NCBI GenBank assembly: GCA_035940575.1
Contig: DASZER010000011.1
Span: 315-64,314 of the forward strand
Direction of reading: 5' to 3'
From: Frankiaceae bacterium
Lineage (GTDB): Bacteria; Actinomycetota; Actinomycetes; BP-191
DNA: 64,000 nt
Positions 45,578-54,172 of this stretch are shown one piece after another. The position numbers and the translations under genes are program-made. The notes beneath the pieces were generated by a model. The model was given only the letters and a program-made list of their open reading frames with translations. It was not told where the DNA came from and made no database searches. Within the stretch, counting starts at the first letter, position 1. Each line of letters starts with the position of its first letter.

Positions 45578-47083
45578 GTGGCGCACGTGCTGATCGTCGG
45601 AGGGGGCTACGTCGGCCTCTACACGGCGTTGCGGCTGCAGCGCCGCCTCCGCGCCGAGCTGCGGCGCGGCGACGTCTCGGTGACGCTCGTCAGCCCCGAG
45701 CCGGTGATGACGTACCAGCCGTTCCTGCCCGAGGCGGCGGCGGGGAGCATCGAGCCGCGGCACGTCGTGGTGCCGTTGCGCCGCGTCCTGCGCCGCGTGT
45801 CCGTGGTGACGGGCACGGTGTCGTCGGTGACGCACGCCTCCCGCGTCGCGCGCGTGGTGCCCGCCGGGGGCGAGGTGTACGACCTGGCGTACGACGTCCT
45901 CGTCCTGGCGCCCGGGTCGGTCGCGCGGACCCTGCCGATCCCGGGGCTCGCCGAGACGGCGGTCGGCTTCAAGACCGTGTCCGAGGCGATCTACCTGCGC
46001 AACCGCGTGCTCGAGTGCCTCGACGTCGCGGCGTCCACGCGCGACCCGGCGGTGCGGCGGCGGGCGCTGACGTTCGTGTTCGTGGGGGCTGGCTACGCGG
46101 GCGTCGAGGCGTTCGCCGAGCTGGAGGACATGGCGCGCGAGGCGGTGCGCCGCTACTACCGCGAGCTGTCGTGGGACGAGACGCGGTGGGTGCTCGTCGA
46201 GGCGGCGCCGCGCATCCTCGGCGAGATCGGTCCCGGCATGGCCGGCTACACGCTGCGCCGGCTGCGCGCCCGGGGCATGGAGGTCCGCCTCGGGACGCGG
46301 CTCGACTCCTGCGTCGGGGGACGCGTCGTGCTGTCGGACGGGGAGACGTTCGAGGCGGACACCGTCGTGTGGACCGCGGGCGTCAAGCCGCACCCCGTCG
46401 TCGCCTCGACCGACCTGCCGCTGGACGAGCGCGGGCGCGTCGTCGCCGCCGCGACCCTCGCCGTCGCCGACGGCGCGTGGTCGGCCGGCGACTGCGCCGC
46501 CGTGCCCGACCTGACGCGGCCCGGCGAGTGGTGCGGCCCCACGGCCCAGCACGCCGTACGCCAGGCCAGGCGGCTCGCCGACAACGTCGTGCTGTCGCTG
46601 CGCGGCCGCCCGCCGCGGCCGTACCGGCACCGCGACGCCGGCTCCGTAGCCTCGCTCGGCCTGCACCAGGGCGTCGCGCAGGTCTACGGCGTGCGGCTGC
46701 GCGGGTGGCCCGCGTGGTTCATGCACAGGACGTACCACGTGTCGCGGGTGCCGACGTTCAACCGCAAGGCGCGGGTCGTCGCCGACTGGACGCTGGCGCT
46801 GTTCTTCCGCCGCGACATCGTGTCGCTGGGCGCGCTGGCGCGCGTTCCGCGGCTGTCCACAGATGTGCCTGCTCGCCCGTCATCCACAGGCTCCGCGCCC
46901 GACGATGGACGCATGGACAAGGTGAGGGACGAGGCGTACTGGGCGGAGCTGGAGCGGCGCGGGCGGGAGGCGTACGAGGAGTACGTCGCCGAGCACGGGC
47001 CCATCCCGCAGGAGTACGCGGACCGCGTACGGCAGTGGGTCGCGGAGGACGCCGAGGCGCAGCGACGGCGGCGAGGCGAGTGA
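45578..47083 (+). CDS. ndh: Type II NADH dehydrogenase family FAD oxidoreductase with C-terminal extension
   Basis: GGGYVG, YQPFLPE, GAGYAGVE, WTAGVK, AGD and TAQHAVRQ motifs. Homology appears to end near 46830 but the frame continues. Confidence 0.85.
   Translation: MAHVLIVGGGYVGLYTALRLQRRLRAELRRGDVSVTLVSPEPVMTYQPFLPEAAAGSIEPRHVVVPLRRVLRRVSVVTGTVSSVTHASRVARVVPAGGEVYDLAYDVLVLAPGSVARTLPIPGLAETAVGFKTVSEAIYLRNRVLECLDVAASTRDPAVRRRALTFVFVGAGYAGVEAFAELEDMAREAVRRYYRELSWDETRWVLVEAAPRILGEIGPGMAGYTLRRLRARGMEVRLGTRLDSCVGGRVVLSDGETFEADTVVWTAGVKPHPVVASTDLPLDERGRVVAAATLAVADGAWSAGDCAAVPDLTRPGEWCGPTAQHAVRQARRLADNVVLSLRGRPPRPYRHRDAGSVASLGLHQGVAQVYGVRLRGWPAWFMHRTYHVSRVPTFNRKARVVADWTLALFFRRDIVSLGALARVPRLSTDVPARPSSTGSAPDDGRMDKVRDEAYWAELERRGREAYEEYVAEHGPIPQEYADRVRQWVAEDAEAQRRRRGE
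46913..47083 (+). CDS. Putative antitoxin (56 aa), in frame with ndh
   Basis: MDKVRDEAYWAELERRGREAYEEYVAEHGPIPQEY...; acidic, has an EHGP motif and overlaps the PIN gene start (GTGA). Confidence 0.55.
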   Translation: MDKVRDEAYWAELERRGREAYEEYVAEHGPIPQEYADRVRQWVAEDAEAQRRRRGE

Positions 47084-47454
47084 CGGCGCGCTACGTGCTC
47101 GACGCCGGCGTGCTGATCGCGGCGGCGCGGGGGCGTTCGGAGCCGTGGGCGTGGCAGACCGGGCCCGGCCGGTCCGCGATCGTGCCCGCGGCCGTGCTCG
47201 CGCAGGTGTGGCGGCGGCCTCCGTCGGGGAACCTCGCCCGCTTCCTCAAGGGCGTGGCCGTCGAGGAGCTGACCGAGGACGCGGCGCGCGAGGCGGGGGA
47301 GCTGCTCGGGCGGGCAGGCACGGCGGACGTCGTGGACGCGTCGGTGGTCGTGGTGGCGCGGCGCTACGGCGCCGACGTCGTGACCGCCGACACGGGCGAC
47401 GTGGGGCGGCTCGTCGCGGCGCCGAGAGCGGAGGTGCGGGTGCGGCGGCTGTAG
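47080..47454 (+). CDS. PIN-domain (VapC-like) toxin
   Basis: YVLDAGVLIA, VPAAVLAQVWR, DVVDASVV and VVTADTGD acidic PIN motifs. Confidence 0.8.
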   Translation: MTARYVLDAGVLIAAARGRSEPWAWQTGPGRSAIVPAAVLAQVWRRPPSGNLARFLKGVAVEELTEDAAREAGELLGRAGTADVVDASVVVVARRYGADVVTADTGDVGRLVAAPRAEVRVRRL

Positions 47455-47471
47455 GGAGCGACACTGGACAC

Positions 47472-47546
47472 GCCCCCGTGGCCCAACTGGCAGAGGCGAC
47501 CGGCTTAAAACCGGTACCGGTGCGGGTTCGACTCCCGCCGGGGGCA
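47472..47546 (+). tRNA. tRNA-Leu(TAA), short variable arm
   Basis: Acceptor GCCCCCG/CGGGGGC, anticodon arm ACCGG-CTTAAAA-CCGGT, T-loop TTCGACT. Confidence 0.92.
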
Positions 47547-47563
47547 CCGCACGTCACACGCGG

Positions 47564-47722
47564 TCAGGCCGCGCACGACCTCAGCGCGGCGACGTAGACG
47601 CGGCAGTACTGGATGCCGTACCAGCAGTCGGTGTCGATGCCGCCCTGGCACGTCGGCGCGGCCACCGCGGGGACGGCCAGCGCGCCGGCCACGAGCGCGG
47701 GGAGAAGCAGGAGTCGGGTCAT
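47564..47722 (-). CDS. Small secreted 4-Cys peptide (52 aa)
   Basis: MTRLLLLPALVAGALAVPAVA-APTCQGGIDTDCWYGIQYCRVYVAALRSCAA. Not in the ORF track. Confidence 0.65.
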   Translation of the reverse strand: MTRLLLLPALVAGALAVPAVAAPTCQGGIDTDCWYGIQYCRVYVAALRSCAA

Positions 47723-47813
47723 GCCCCGGCACGGTAGCAACAGGGGTAATCACCGCCGCCCGCCCGCGTGTGACGAACGGCGCCATCGCGGGCGCCACCG
47801 AGAGGGGTCCCCC

Positions 47814-48053
47814 ATGCGCTCCGTCCTGCTCGCCGCCGCCGCCGCGGCGTCCGCCCTGTCCGCCGCGCCGGTCGCGCCCGCGTCGGCGGCGCCGGTCGCG
47901 CCGGCGTCGGCGGCGCCGGTCGCGCCCGTGGGCGTGTGCGTCCGGGTCGGCGACTGCGTCACCGTCACGGTGGGGCTGAGCGGCCCGACCGTCTGCGTGG
48001 CGGTCACCCAGAGCTCGCTCCCGCTGGTGATCGCGCCGATCTGCCGCCCGTAG
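47814..48053 (+). CDS. Small secreted 4-Cys peptide (79 aa) with SAAPVAP repeats
   Basis: RBS GAGAGGGG; signal peptide, 3x SAAPVAP, then VGVCVRVGDCVTVTVGLSGPTVCVAVTQSSLPLVIAPICRP. Confidence 0.65.
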   Translation: MRSVLLAAAAAASALSAAPVAPASAAPVAPASAAPVAPVGVCVRVGDCVTVTVGLSGPTVCVAVTQSSLPLVIAPICRP

Positions 48054-48063
48054 CGGCGCGCCC

Positions 48064-48095
48064 TGGGCTCAGGCCCATCTGAGTACCTGAGCCCA
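48064..48095. promoter_or_regulatory. Inverted repeat (terminator or operator)
   Basis: TGGGCTCAGG...CCTGAGCCCA upstream of the lipid operon. Confidence 0.4.
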
Positions 48096-48154
48096 CCCGA
48101 AGTCGGGTCGGAGCGCGGATGGCGGCGGCGCCGCCGCGGCCGAGCATCGTTCCC

Positions 48155-48742
48155 ATGGACGGTCTCTACGCGCTGAAGCCCTGGTACGCCCGCCGGCTAC
48201 GCCCGGTCCGCACCGCGCTCGTCGCCCGCCGCGTCCCGCCGCACGCGCTCACCGCGGCGGGCGTCGCGGCGGCGGCCGCGGGCGGCGTCGCGCTCGCCAC
48301 CGGCCACGGCCTGGCCGTCCTGCCACTCGTCGCCGCGAGGCTCGCGTTCGCGAACCTCGACGGCGCGGTCGCCCGCGAGTCCGGTCGCGCGACGCCCGGG
48401 GGGAGCGTCGTCAACGAGCTCGGCGACCGGCTCGCGGACGCGGCACTGCTGGCGGGCGCGGTCGCGCTGGCGCCGCCGGCGCTCGTCCTCGGTGCCGTGC
48501 TCGCGGCGACGATGCCGTCGTGGGTCGCGCTCGCCGGCGCCGCCGCGGGCGCCCCGCGCGTCAACGGCGGCCCCGTGGGCAAGACCGAACGCTGCGCCCT
48601 CGTCTGCCTCGCCGCCCTCGCCCCGGCGACCACGCAGGCGGTCCTCTGGGCGGTCGTCGCGGGCTCGCTCGCCACGGCCACGCTCCGCCTCTCCCGCGTC
48701 GCCCGCGCGCTGCGCCCCGCCGCCACCGCGAGCGCCCGATGA
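48155..48742 (+). CDS. CDP-alcohol phosphatidyltransferase family protein
   Basis: LYALKP, NLDGAVAR...G..VNELGDRLAD signature and GPVGKTER. Confidence 0.85.
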   Translation: MDGLYALKPWYARRLRPVRTALVARRVPPHALTAAGVAAAAAGGVALATGHGLAVLPLVAARLAFANLDGAVARESGRATPGGSVVNELGDRLADAALLAGAVALAPPALVLGAVLAATMPSWVALAGAAAGAPRVNGGPVGKTERCALVCLAALAPATTQAVLWAVVAGSLATATLRLSRVARALRPAATASAR

Positions 48743-49533
48743 GCGCCGCGTACGTCGTCGCCGGCGCGCTCGCGGCGGGCGGCGTCGGCGTGGCCGCCAG
48801 CGGCGACTCGACGCTGCGCCGCCGCTGGCTCACCTGGGCCGTCACCGCACCCGTCGTCGGCGGCCTGCTCGCGCTCGGCGAGCCCGGCGCGGCCGCCCTC
48901 GCGAGCGGCCTCGGCGTCGTCGCGTCGTGCGAGTACGCCCGCCTGGCCCGCCTCGCCCGCGCCGACCGCGCGCTGCTCGTCGCGGCCGCCGCCCTCCTGC
49001 CCGTCGCGAGCGCCATGACCCCGCGCGCGACGGCGGTCGCGCCGTGGCTCGCGCTCCTCGCCGCCGTTCCCGCGATCGCCGGGGCCGACAGGACGAACGG
49101 TCTGCGCCGCGCGGCGCTCACGGCGTTCGGCGTGCTCTGGATCGCGTGGTCGCTGTCGCACCTCGTGCTGCTCGGCGGCACGGCGTTCGCGGTCTGCGCG
49201 GCCGTCTCGGTCGCGGACGTCACGGCGTGGTGCGGCGGCCGCTGGATCGGCGGCCCGAGGCTCTCCCGCCTGTCCCCGAACAAGACCTGGGGCGGCGTCG
49301 CCGGTGCCGCCCTCGGCGCCGCGCTGACGCTCCGCCTGCTCGGCGTGCCGAGCTACGCCCTGCTCCTCGCTGTCGTCGTCGGCGGCGTCCTCGGCGACCT
49401 GCTCGAGTCGATGGCCAAGCGCGAGGCCGGCGTCAAGGACGCGGGCTCGTGGCTGCCGGGCTTCGGCGGGCTGCTCGACCGCGTCGACTCGCTGCTCGTC
49501 GTCCTCCCGCTCGCCTGGCTGGTGACCTCGTGA
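48739..49533 (+). CDS. Phosphatidate cytidylyltransferase family protein
   Basis: LSPNKTWGG and GDLLESMAKREAGVKDAGSWLPGFGGLLDRVDS motifs. Confidence 0.9.
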   Translation: MSAAYVVAGALAAGGVGVAASGDSTLRRRWLTWAVTAPVVGGLLALGEPGAAALASGLGVVASCEYARLARLARADRALLVAAAALLPVASAMTPRATAVAPWLALLAAVPAIAGADRTNGLRRAALTAFGVLWIAWSLSHLVLLGGTAFAVCAAVSVADVTAWCGGRWIGGPRLSRLSPNKTWGGVAGAALGAALTLRLLGVPSYALLLAVVVGGVLGDLLESMAKREAGVKDAGSWLPGFGGLLDRVDSLLVVLPLAWLVTS

Positions 49534-50674
49534 ACGCCGCCCGCCCGCGCCGCCTCCTCTGGCGCACCGCCCTGCGTCCGGGCGGCCTCACCGTCACCGG
49601 AACGCTCCCGCGCGGCGGCTGCGTCGTCGTCGCCAACCACTCCTCGCACGCCGACACGCCCGCCCTGCTCGCCGCCCTCGACGCGCGGCACCGCCCGCTC
49701 GTCGCGGCGGCGGCGGACTACTGGTTCCGCGCCGGGTGGCGGGCGCGGGTCTGCCGCACGCTCGTCGGCGGCTTCCCCGTCCGCCGCGACGGGGGCGGCT
49801 GCGCCGACCTGATGGGTGCCGTGCCCGCCCTGCGCGCCGGGCGCGCGGTCGTCGTCTTCGCCGAGGGGACGCGCTCGCGGACCGGCGAGGTGGGGCCGTT
49901 CCACTCGGGCGCGCTGCGCCTCGCCGAGGCGGCCGGCGTGCCGGTCGTCCCCGTCGGCCTCGCCGGCACCCGCGACGTGCTGCCGCCGCACGGCGCCCTG
50001 CACCTGAGCCCGGTCGCGGTCCGCATCGGTACGCCGCTGCACCGGCCGACGAAGGACGAGGCGCGCGACGCCGTCGTCGCGCTGGCCGCCGCGCCCGCGC
50101 CGCGCCGCCGCTCGCCGTGGCACCGCCGCGCCGCCGCCCTCGCGCTGGCGCCGGCGGGGCTGCTGCTGGCGTTCGGCTGGGGGCTCGCCGAGGCGATCGT
50201 CTGGCCGCTCGTGCCTGAGCTGCTCGTCGCGCTCGTCGCGGTCTCGGTGCCGAAGGCGGCGCCGCGCCTCGCGCTCGCCGCCGCGGCGGGCAGCCTCGCG
50301 GGCGGCCTGGCGGCGTACGCCCTCGGCGCCGCCGGCGCGCACCCGCCCGCGCCGCTCACGACCCCGCGCATGCACGCCGTCGCGGCCGCGCAGCTCGACG
50401 CCGAGGGCGCGGCGGCGCTGCGGCACCAGCCGTTCTCCGGCGTCCCTACAAGGTCTACGCCGTCCGCGCCGGCGCCGCGCGCACCGACCCCGTCGCGTTC
50501 ACCGCGTGGAGCGTCGCCGCCCGCGGCGGCCGCATCCTCGCCGTGGGGCTCGCCCTCGCCGCCGCGGCGGTGGCCCTGCGCCGGCTGCTCGCCCGCTGCT
50601 ACGGCACCTACCTCGCCTGGCTCGGCGCCACGTTCGCCCTCTCCCTGCACCGCGTCGTCACGACGTGGTCCTGA
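49530..50674 (+). pseudogene. Lysophospholipid acyltransferase fused to a YqaA/DedA-like membrane domain, frameshifted near 50445
   Basis: NHSSHAD and FAEGTRS motifs. Restoring one C in GTCCCTAC gives GVPYKVYA and a hydrophobic C-terminus ending at TGA 50674. Confidence 0.7.
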
Positions 50675-50765
50675 CCCGAAGGAGCACCACCGTCGTGCTC
50701 GCGCCGATCCTCGCCCTGCCCACCCTGGCGCTCTCCGGCGCCGACCACTGACCGGAAGGAACCTC

Positions 50766-51050
50766 ATGTACACGCACGACGAAGTCCGTCCCGTCCCCGC
50801 CGGGTCCATCGGCCGCGGCATCGGCTACGTCACCGCCGCGGTCGCCGGAGCGTTCGCGCTCTGGGCGCTGGTCACGGGCGGCGGGGTGTTCGCGCTCCCG
50901 TTCGGCGTCTACGCCGCCGCGGTGCCGTTGGCGATCAGGTCGACGTCGCCGGTCGCGCGCGGGGTCGCCGCGGTCGCCGCGTCGTTCGCGCTGATCGCGT
51001 GCCTGTTCTTCCTGTCGGTCATGGCCCTGCTCATGACGAGCGACTTCTGA
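50766..51050 (+). CDS. Small hypothetical membrane protein
   Basis: RBS AAGGA; three hydrophobic segments. Confidence 0.6.
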   Translation: MYTHDEVRPVPAGSIGRGIGYVTAAVAGAFALWALVTGGGVFALPFGVYAAAVPLAIRSTSPVARGVAAVAASFALIACLFFLSVMALLMTSDF

Positions 51051-51187
51051 TGCGCACGCACGTGCCCGCGCCCCACAGGTCGCTCGTCGTCGCCGGCCTG
51101 CTCGCCCTCGCGGGGGTCCTCGGCTACGTCCTCGCCGAGGTGCTGCGCGCCGTCGGCGAGCGGATCGTGAGCCAGCCATGGGGATGA
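51050..51187 (+). CDS. Small single-TM protein (45 aa)
   Basis: TGATG coupling to the upstream gene; LVVAGLLALAGVLGYVLA. Confidence 0.45.
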   Translation: MRTHVPAPHRSLVVAGLLALAGVLGYVLAEVLRAVGERIVSQPWG

Positions 51188-51456
51188 CCACGACCGCGGA
51201 CGTGCCGCAGGTTCGGCACCCGTTCCTCCACGGGCTCGGCGGCGGCGCCGCCTCGACGCTGACGGCCGTGCTGTTCGGAGGGTTCGCGATGTCGATCCCG
51301 GTGTTCGTCGTGACCCTCGTCGTCACGGGCGTGGCGGTGCTCGTCGCGCGGCCGCTGACGTTCGCCCGGGCCTGCGGGATCCTCGTCGGCGTCAGCGCCG
51401 TGCTGGCGGTCGCGGTCGCGGGCATCGCGGCATGGGCCGTGAACGCGGGGCTCTGA
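51184..51456 (+). CDS. Small hypothetical membrane protein
   Basis: ATGA overlap; three hydrophobic segments. Confidence 0.55.
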   Translation: MTTTADVPQVRHPFLHGLGGGAASTLTAVLFGGFAMSIPVFVVTLVVTGVAVLVARPLTFARACGILVGVSAVLAVAVAGIAAWAVNAGL

Positions 51457-51530
51457 GTGGCCAGTTGGCCGTACCGCCCGCCCGCCGCGCCGGGTGAGGA
51501 TGCACGCCCCTCACCACGAAAGGCCACGGG

Positions 51531-52379
51531 ATGAACCGCACCACCGTCCTCGGCGCCGCCGTCGCGGCGCTGCTCCTCACCATCGCCCCGGCGGGCGCCG
51601 AGACCGAGTACCGCGTCGGCCCCGACCCGACCGCCACCGCCATCGAGAAGAACGGCCCCTTCGCCTACGCCTCCACGACCGTCGCCGACGCGGCCACGCC
51701 CGGCTTCGGCGCCGCGACGATCTACTACCCGACCGACACGACGCTGCCGCCGCTCGGCGGCGTCGCGATCTCGCCCGGCTACACCGAGACGCAGTCGGCG
51801 ATCTCGTGGTTCGGGCCGCGGCTCGCCTCGCACGGCTTCGTCGTCATCACGTTCAACACGAACTCGCCGTACGACCAGCCCGCCGCCCGCGGCGACCAGC
51901 TCCTCGCCGCGCTCGACTACCTGACCGGCAGCAGCGCCGTACGCACCCGCGTCGACGCCTCGCGGCTGGCCGTCATGGGCCACTCGATGGGCGGCGGCGG
52001 CTCGCTGGAGGCGACGAAGAAGCGCCCGTCGCTGCAGGCGTCGATCCCGATGGCGCCGTGGCACACCGACAAGACCTGGCCCGAGCCGGCCACGCCGACG
52101 CTGATCGTCGGCGCCGAGAACGACAGCATCGCCCCGGTCGCGAGCCACGCCGAGCCGTTCTACGAGAGCCTCACCAGCGCGGTCGAGAAGGCGTACGTCG
52201 AGCTCAACAACGCCAGCCACAGCGTCACCAACACCGCCAACGCCACGACCTCCCGCCTCGCCGTCGCGTGGCTCAAGCGGTTCGTGGACAACGACACCCG
52301 CTACGACCAGTTCCTCTGCCCGCCCCCGGCGCCGAGCAGCGCGATCCAGGAGTACCGGGACACCTGCCCGCACGCGTAG
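51531..52379 (+). CDS. Secreted cutinase / PET-hydrolase-like alpha/beta hydrolase
   Basis: Signal peptide; GPDPT, IYYP, PGYT, LASHGFVV, GHSMGGGG, ENDSIAP, NASH, RFVDNDTRY and a C-terminal Cys pair. Confidence 0.92.
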   Translation: MNRTTVLGAAVAALLLTIAPAGAETEYRVGPDPTATAIEKNGPFAYASTTVADAATPGFGAATIYYPTDTTLPPLGGVAISPGYTETQSAISWFGPRLASHGFVVITFNTNSPYDQPAARGDQLLAALDYLTGSSAVRTRVDASRLAVMGHSMGGGGSLEATKKRPSLQASIPMAPWHTDKTWPEPATPTLIVGAENDSIAPVASHAEPFYESLTSAVEKAYVELNNASHSVTNTANATTSRLAVAWLKRFVDNDTRYDQFLCPPPAPSSAIQEYRDTCPHA

Positions 52380-52728
52380 CCGTGCGAGGGCGGGGCGGCG
52401 CGCCCAGCCGCCGCCCCGCCCGCCCCCTCCTTTACACGCGTGCCGGGCCTCCTCTACGGTCGCCGGACCCAGCCGCCCTGCCCAGCGGAGGTGCACCCCT
52501 CGTGCCCCAGCCTCTCGCGCGCCCGCCCCTCCCGTCGTCCTCGCGCGGTCCCGCACCGGACCGCTAGCCCGCGCGGGCGCGCGCCCCGGCTCCGGCCGCG
52601 CGCGACCCGACGCCCCGCGCCTCGTGCGCCCCCAGCCGGCCACGCGCGTGCCTGCCACCCCGCGCGGCGGCGTTCCGTGTCGCCCGGAACGCCTGGACGA
52701 CGTTCGGCGACAGGAGGAGGTGATCCCC

Positions 52729-52926
52729 ATGACCAAGCGATTCGCCGGTCTCGCCCTCGCGGGCGCGGCCGCCCTGACCTTCGTCCTGCCCGCCACCTCG
52801 GCGAGCGCCTCGTGCCAGTTCACAGAGCCGCTCGCGGAGTGCGTGAAGGACCTCGTGTCCACCGTCGGCCCCGCCGTCGGGTGCGTGCCCGTGGGCACAT
52901 TCGAGCTCTGCCCCGTGAGCGCGTAG
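52729..52926 (+). CDS. Small secreted 4-Cys peptide (65 aa)
   Basis: RBS GGAGGAGGTGA; MTKRFAGLALAGAAALTFVLPATSASA-SCQFTEPLAECVKDLVSTVGPAVGCVPVGTFELCPVSA. Confidence 0.75.
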   Translation: MTKRFAGLALAGAAALTFVLPATSASASCQFTEPLAECVKDLVSTVGPAVGCVPVGTFELCPVSA

Positions 52927-53141
52927 CACGACGCCGTCGCCGCGGCGCCTCCCCGGGATTCGGCCCTGGGAACGGCAGCCGGTCGGACGGCGACGGCACA
53001 CGGAGCAACAGGTCCGGAGCGCCGGCGCTCCCCGCCGGGCGGCGGCACGGCCCGCCGGTGGGCGCGGCGCCCCGGACGTCCCGCCAGGGTTTCCGCCCCC
53101 GGCGGGGAACACGTACGGACCACCCCGACGAAGGCCAGGAG

Positions 53142-54119
53142 ATGGACGAGCACGAGACGGCGTACCGCACACCGTTCCGCTCGTGGGACACGCGTGGCTG
53201 GGTGCGCTCGAAGCCGCACCAGCCGACGGAGTTCGCGGACGGGCGGGCGTTCTTCACGCCCGAGGTCGTGCCGCTGCTCGCGCTGCCCGCGGCTGCGGCC
53301 CTGTCGCGCGACGCCGTCGACGACCTCTGCGCGCGCCACCTCCAGTGGCACCTGGCCATGACCGTCGACCTCGAGCTCGGCCCCGTCAACGACGCCGTGC
53401 ACGTCGTCCGCGACTCCGGCGACGTCTTCCCGCGCGACCTGCGCACCGACGCGCTGCGCCTCTACACCGACGAGGCCGGGCACGCCGAGATGTGCGCCAC
53501 GATGGCCGACGCCGTCGAGCGCGCGACCGGCGTCGCGCCGCCCGCCGGCCCGCCGCCGTTCGTGCGCGCGGTGCGCGACGCGGCCGCCGCCGCCGAGCCC
53601 GGCGCCCGCGACGCCGTTCGCCTGCTCGCGGCGTTCGTCTCCGAGACGCTCATCTCGGCGACGCTGACGCGGGTGCCGTTCGACGAGCGCGTGCACGTCG
53701 GCGTACGCCAGCTCGTCGCCGACCACGCCGAGGACGAGCGCCGCCACGCGGTGCTGTTCCGCGACGTGTTCGCGCGCTACTGGCCGTCGCTCGACGCCGC
53801 CGTACGCCGGGCCGTCGGGCTGCTCCTGCCCGACCTGATCACGACGTTCCTCGCGCCCGACGACGCCGAGCTCGCCGTCGCCGCCGCCGCCCACGCCGAC
53901 GTGCTCGGCGACCCCGTCGTCGCGGCGGGCGAGGCGGCGCTGCGGGCGACCGCGAACGGCGCGTTCCTCGCCGCCGCCGAGCCGACGCTGCGCGTGCTGC
54001 ACGAGCACGGCGCGTTCGACGACCCGGATGTCGCGGCGGCGTTCGTCGACTCCGGGCTCTTCCCCGACATCGGGTCCGCCGCGCTGCGCCGGCCGAGCGA
54101 GGCGTTGGCGCCGCGCTGA
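53142..54119 (+). CDS. AurF/CmlI-family ferritin-like diiron oxygenase
   Basis: RBS AGGAG; W...WVRSKP N-terminus, LELGPVN, YTDEAGH, FVSETLIS and DHAEDERRH diiron ligand motifs. Confidence 0.8.
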   Translation: MDEHETAYRTPFRSWDTRGWVRSKPHQPTEFADGRAFFTPEVVPLLALPAAAALSRDAVDDLCARHLQWHLAMTVDLELGPVNDAVHVVRDSGDVFPRDLRTDALRLYTDEAGHAEMCATMADAVERATGVAPPAGPPPFVRAVRDAAAAAEPGARDAVRLLAAFVSETLISATLTRVPFDERVHVGVRQLVADHAEDERRHAVLFRDVFARYWPSLDAAVRRAVGLLLPDLITTFLAPDDAELAVAAAAHADVLGDPVVAAGEAALRATANGAFLAAAEPTLRVLHEHGAFDDPDVAAAFVDSGLFPDIGSAALRRPSEALAPR

Positions 54120-54172
54120 ACGGGGAGGCCCGCACCGACCCGTCCCGACTCGTGCGGAAGGGAGGTGAGCAC

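Noticed and set aside
47472-47546. Short variable arm of tRNA-Leu(TAA) as a novelty
   Set aside because: Short-arm tRNA-Leu(TAA) at this locus is, to my knowledge, already known in actinobacteria.
50695-50751. 18-codon ORF VLAPILALPTLALSGADH after an AAGGAG
   Set aside because: Too short to support; it could be a gene remnant or chance.
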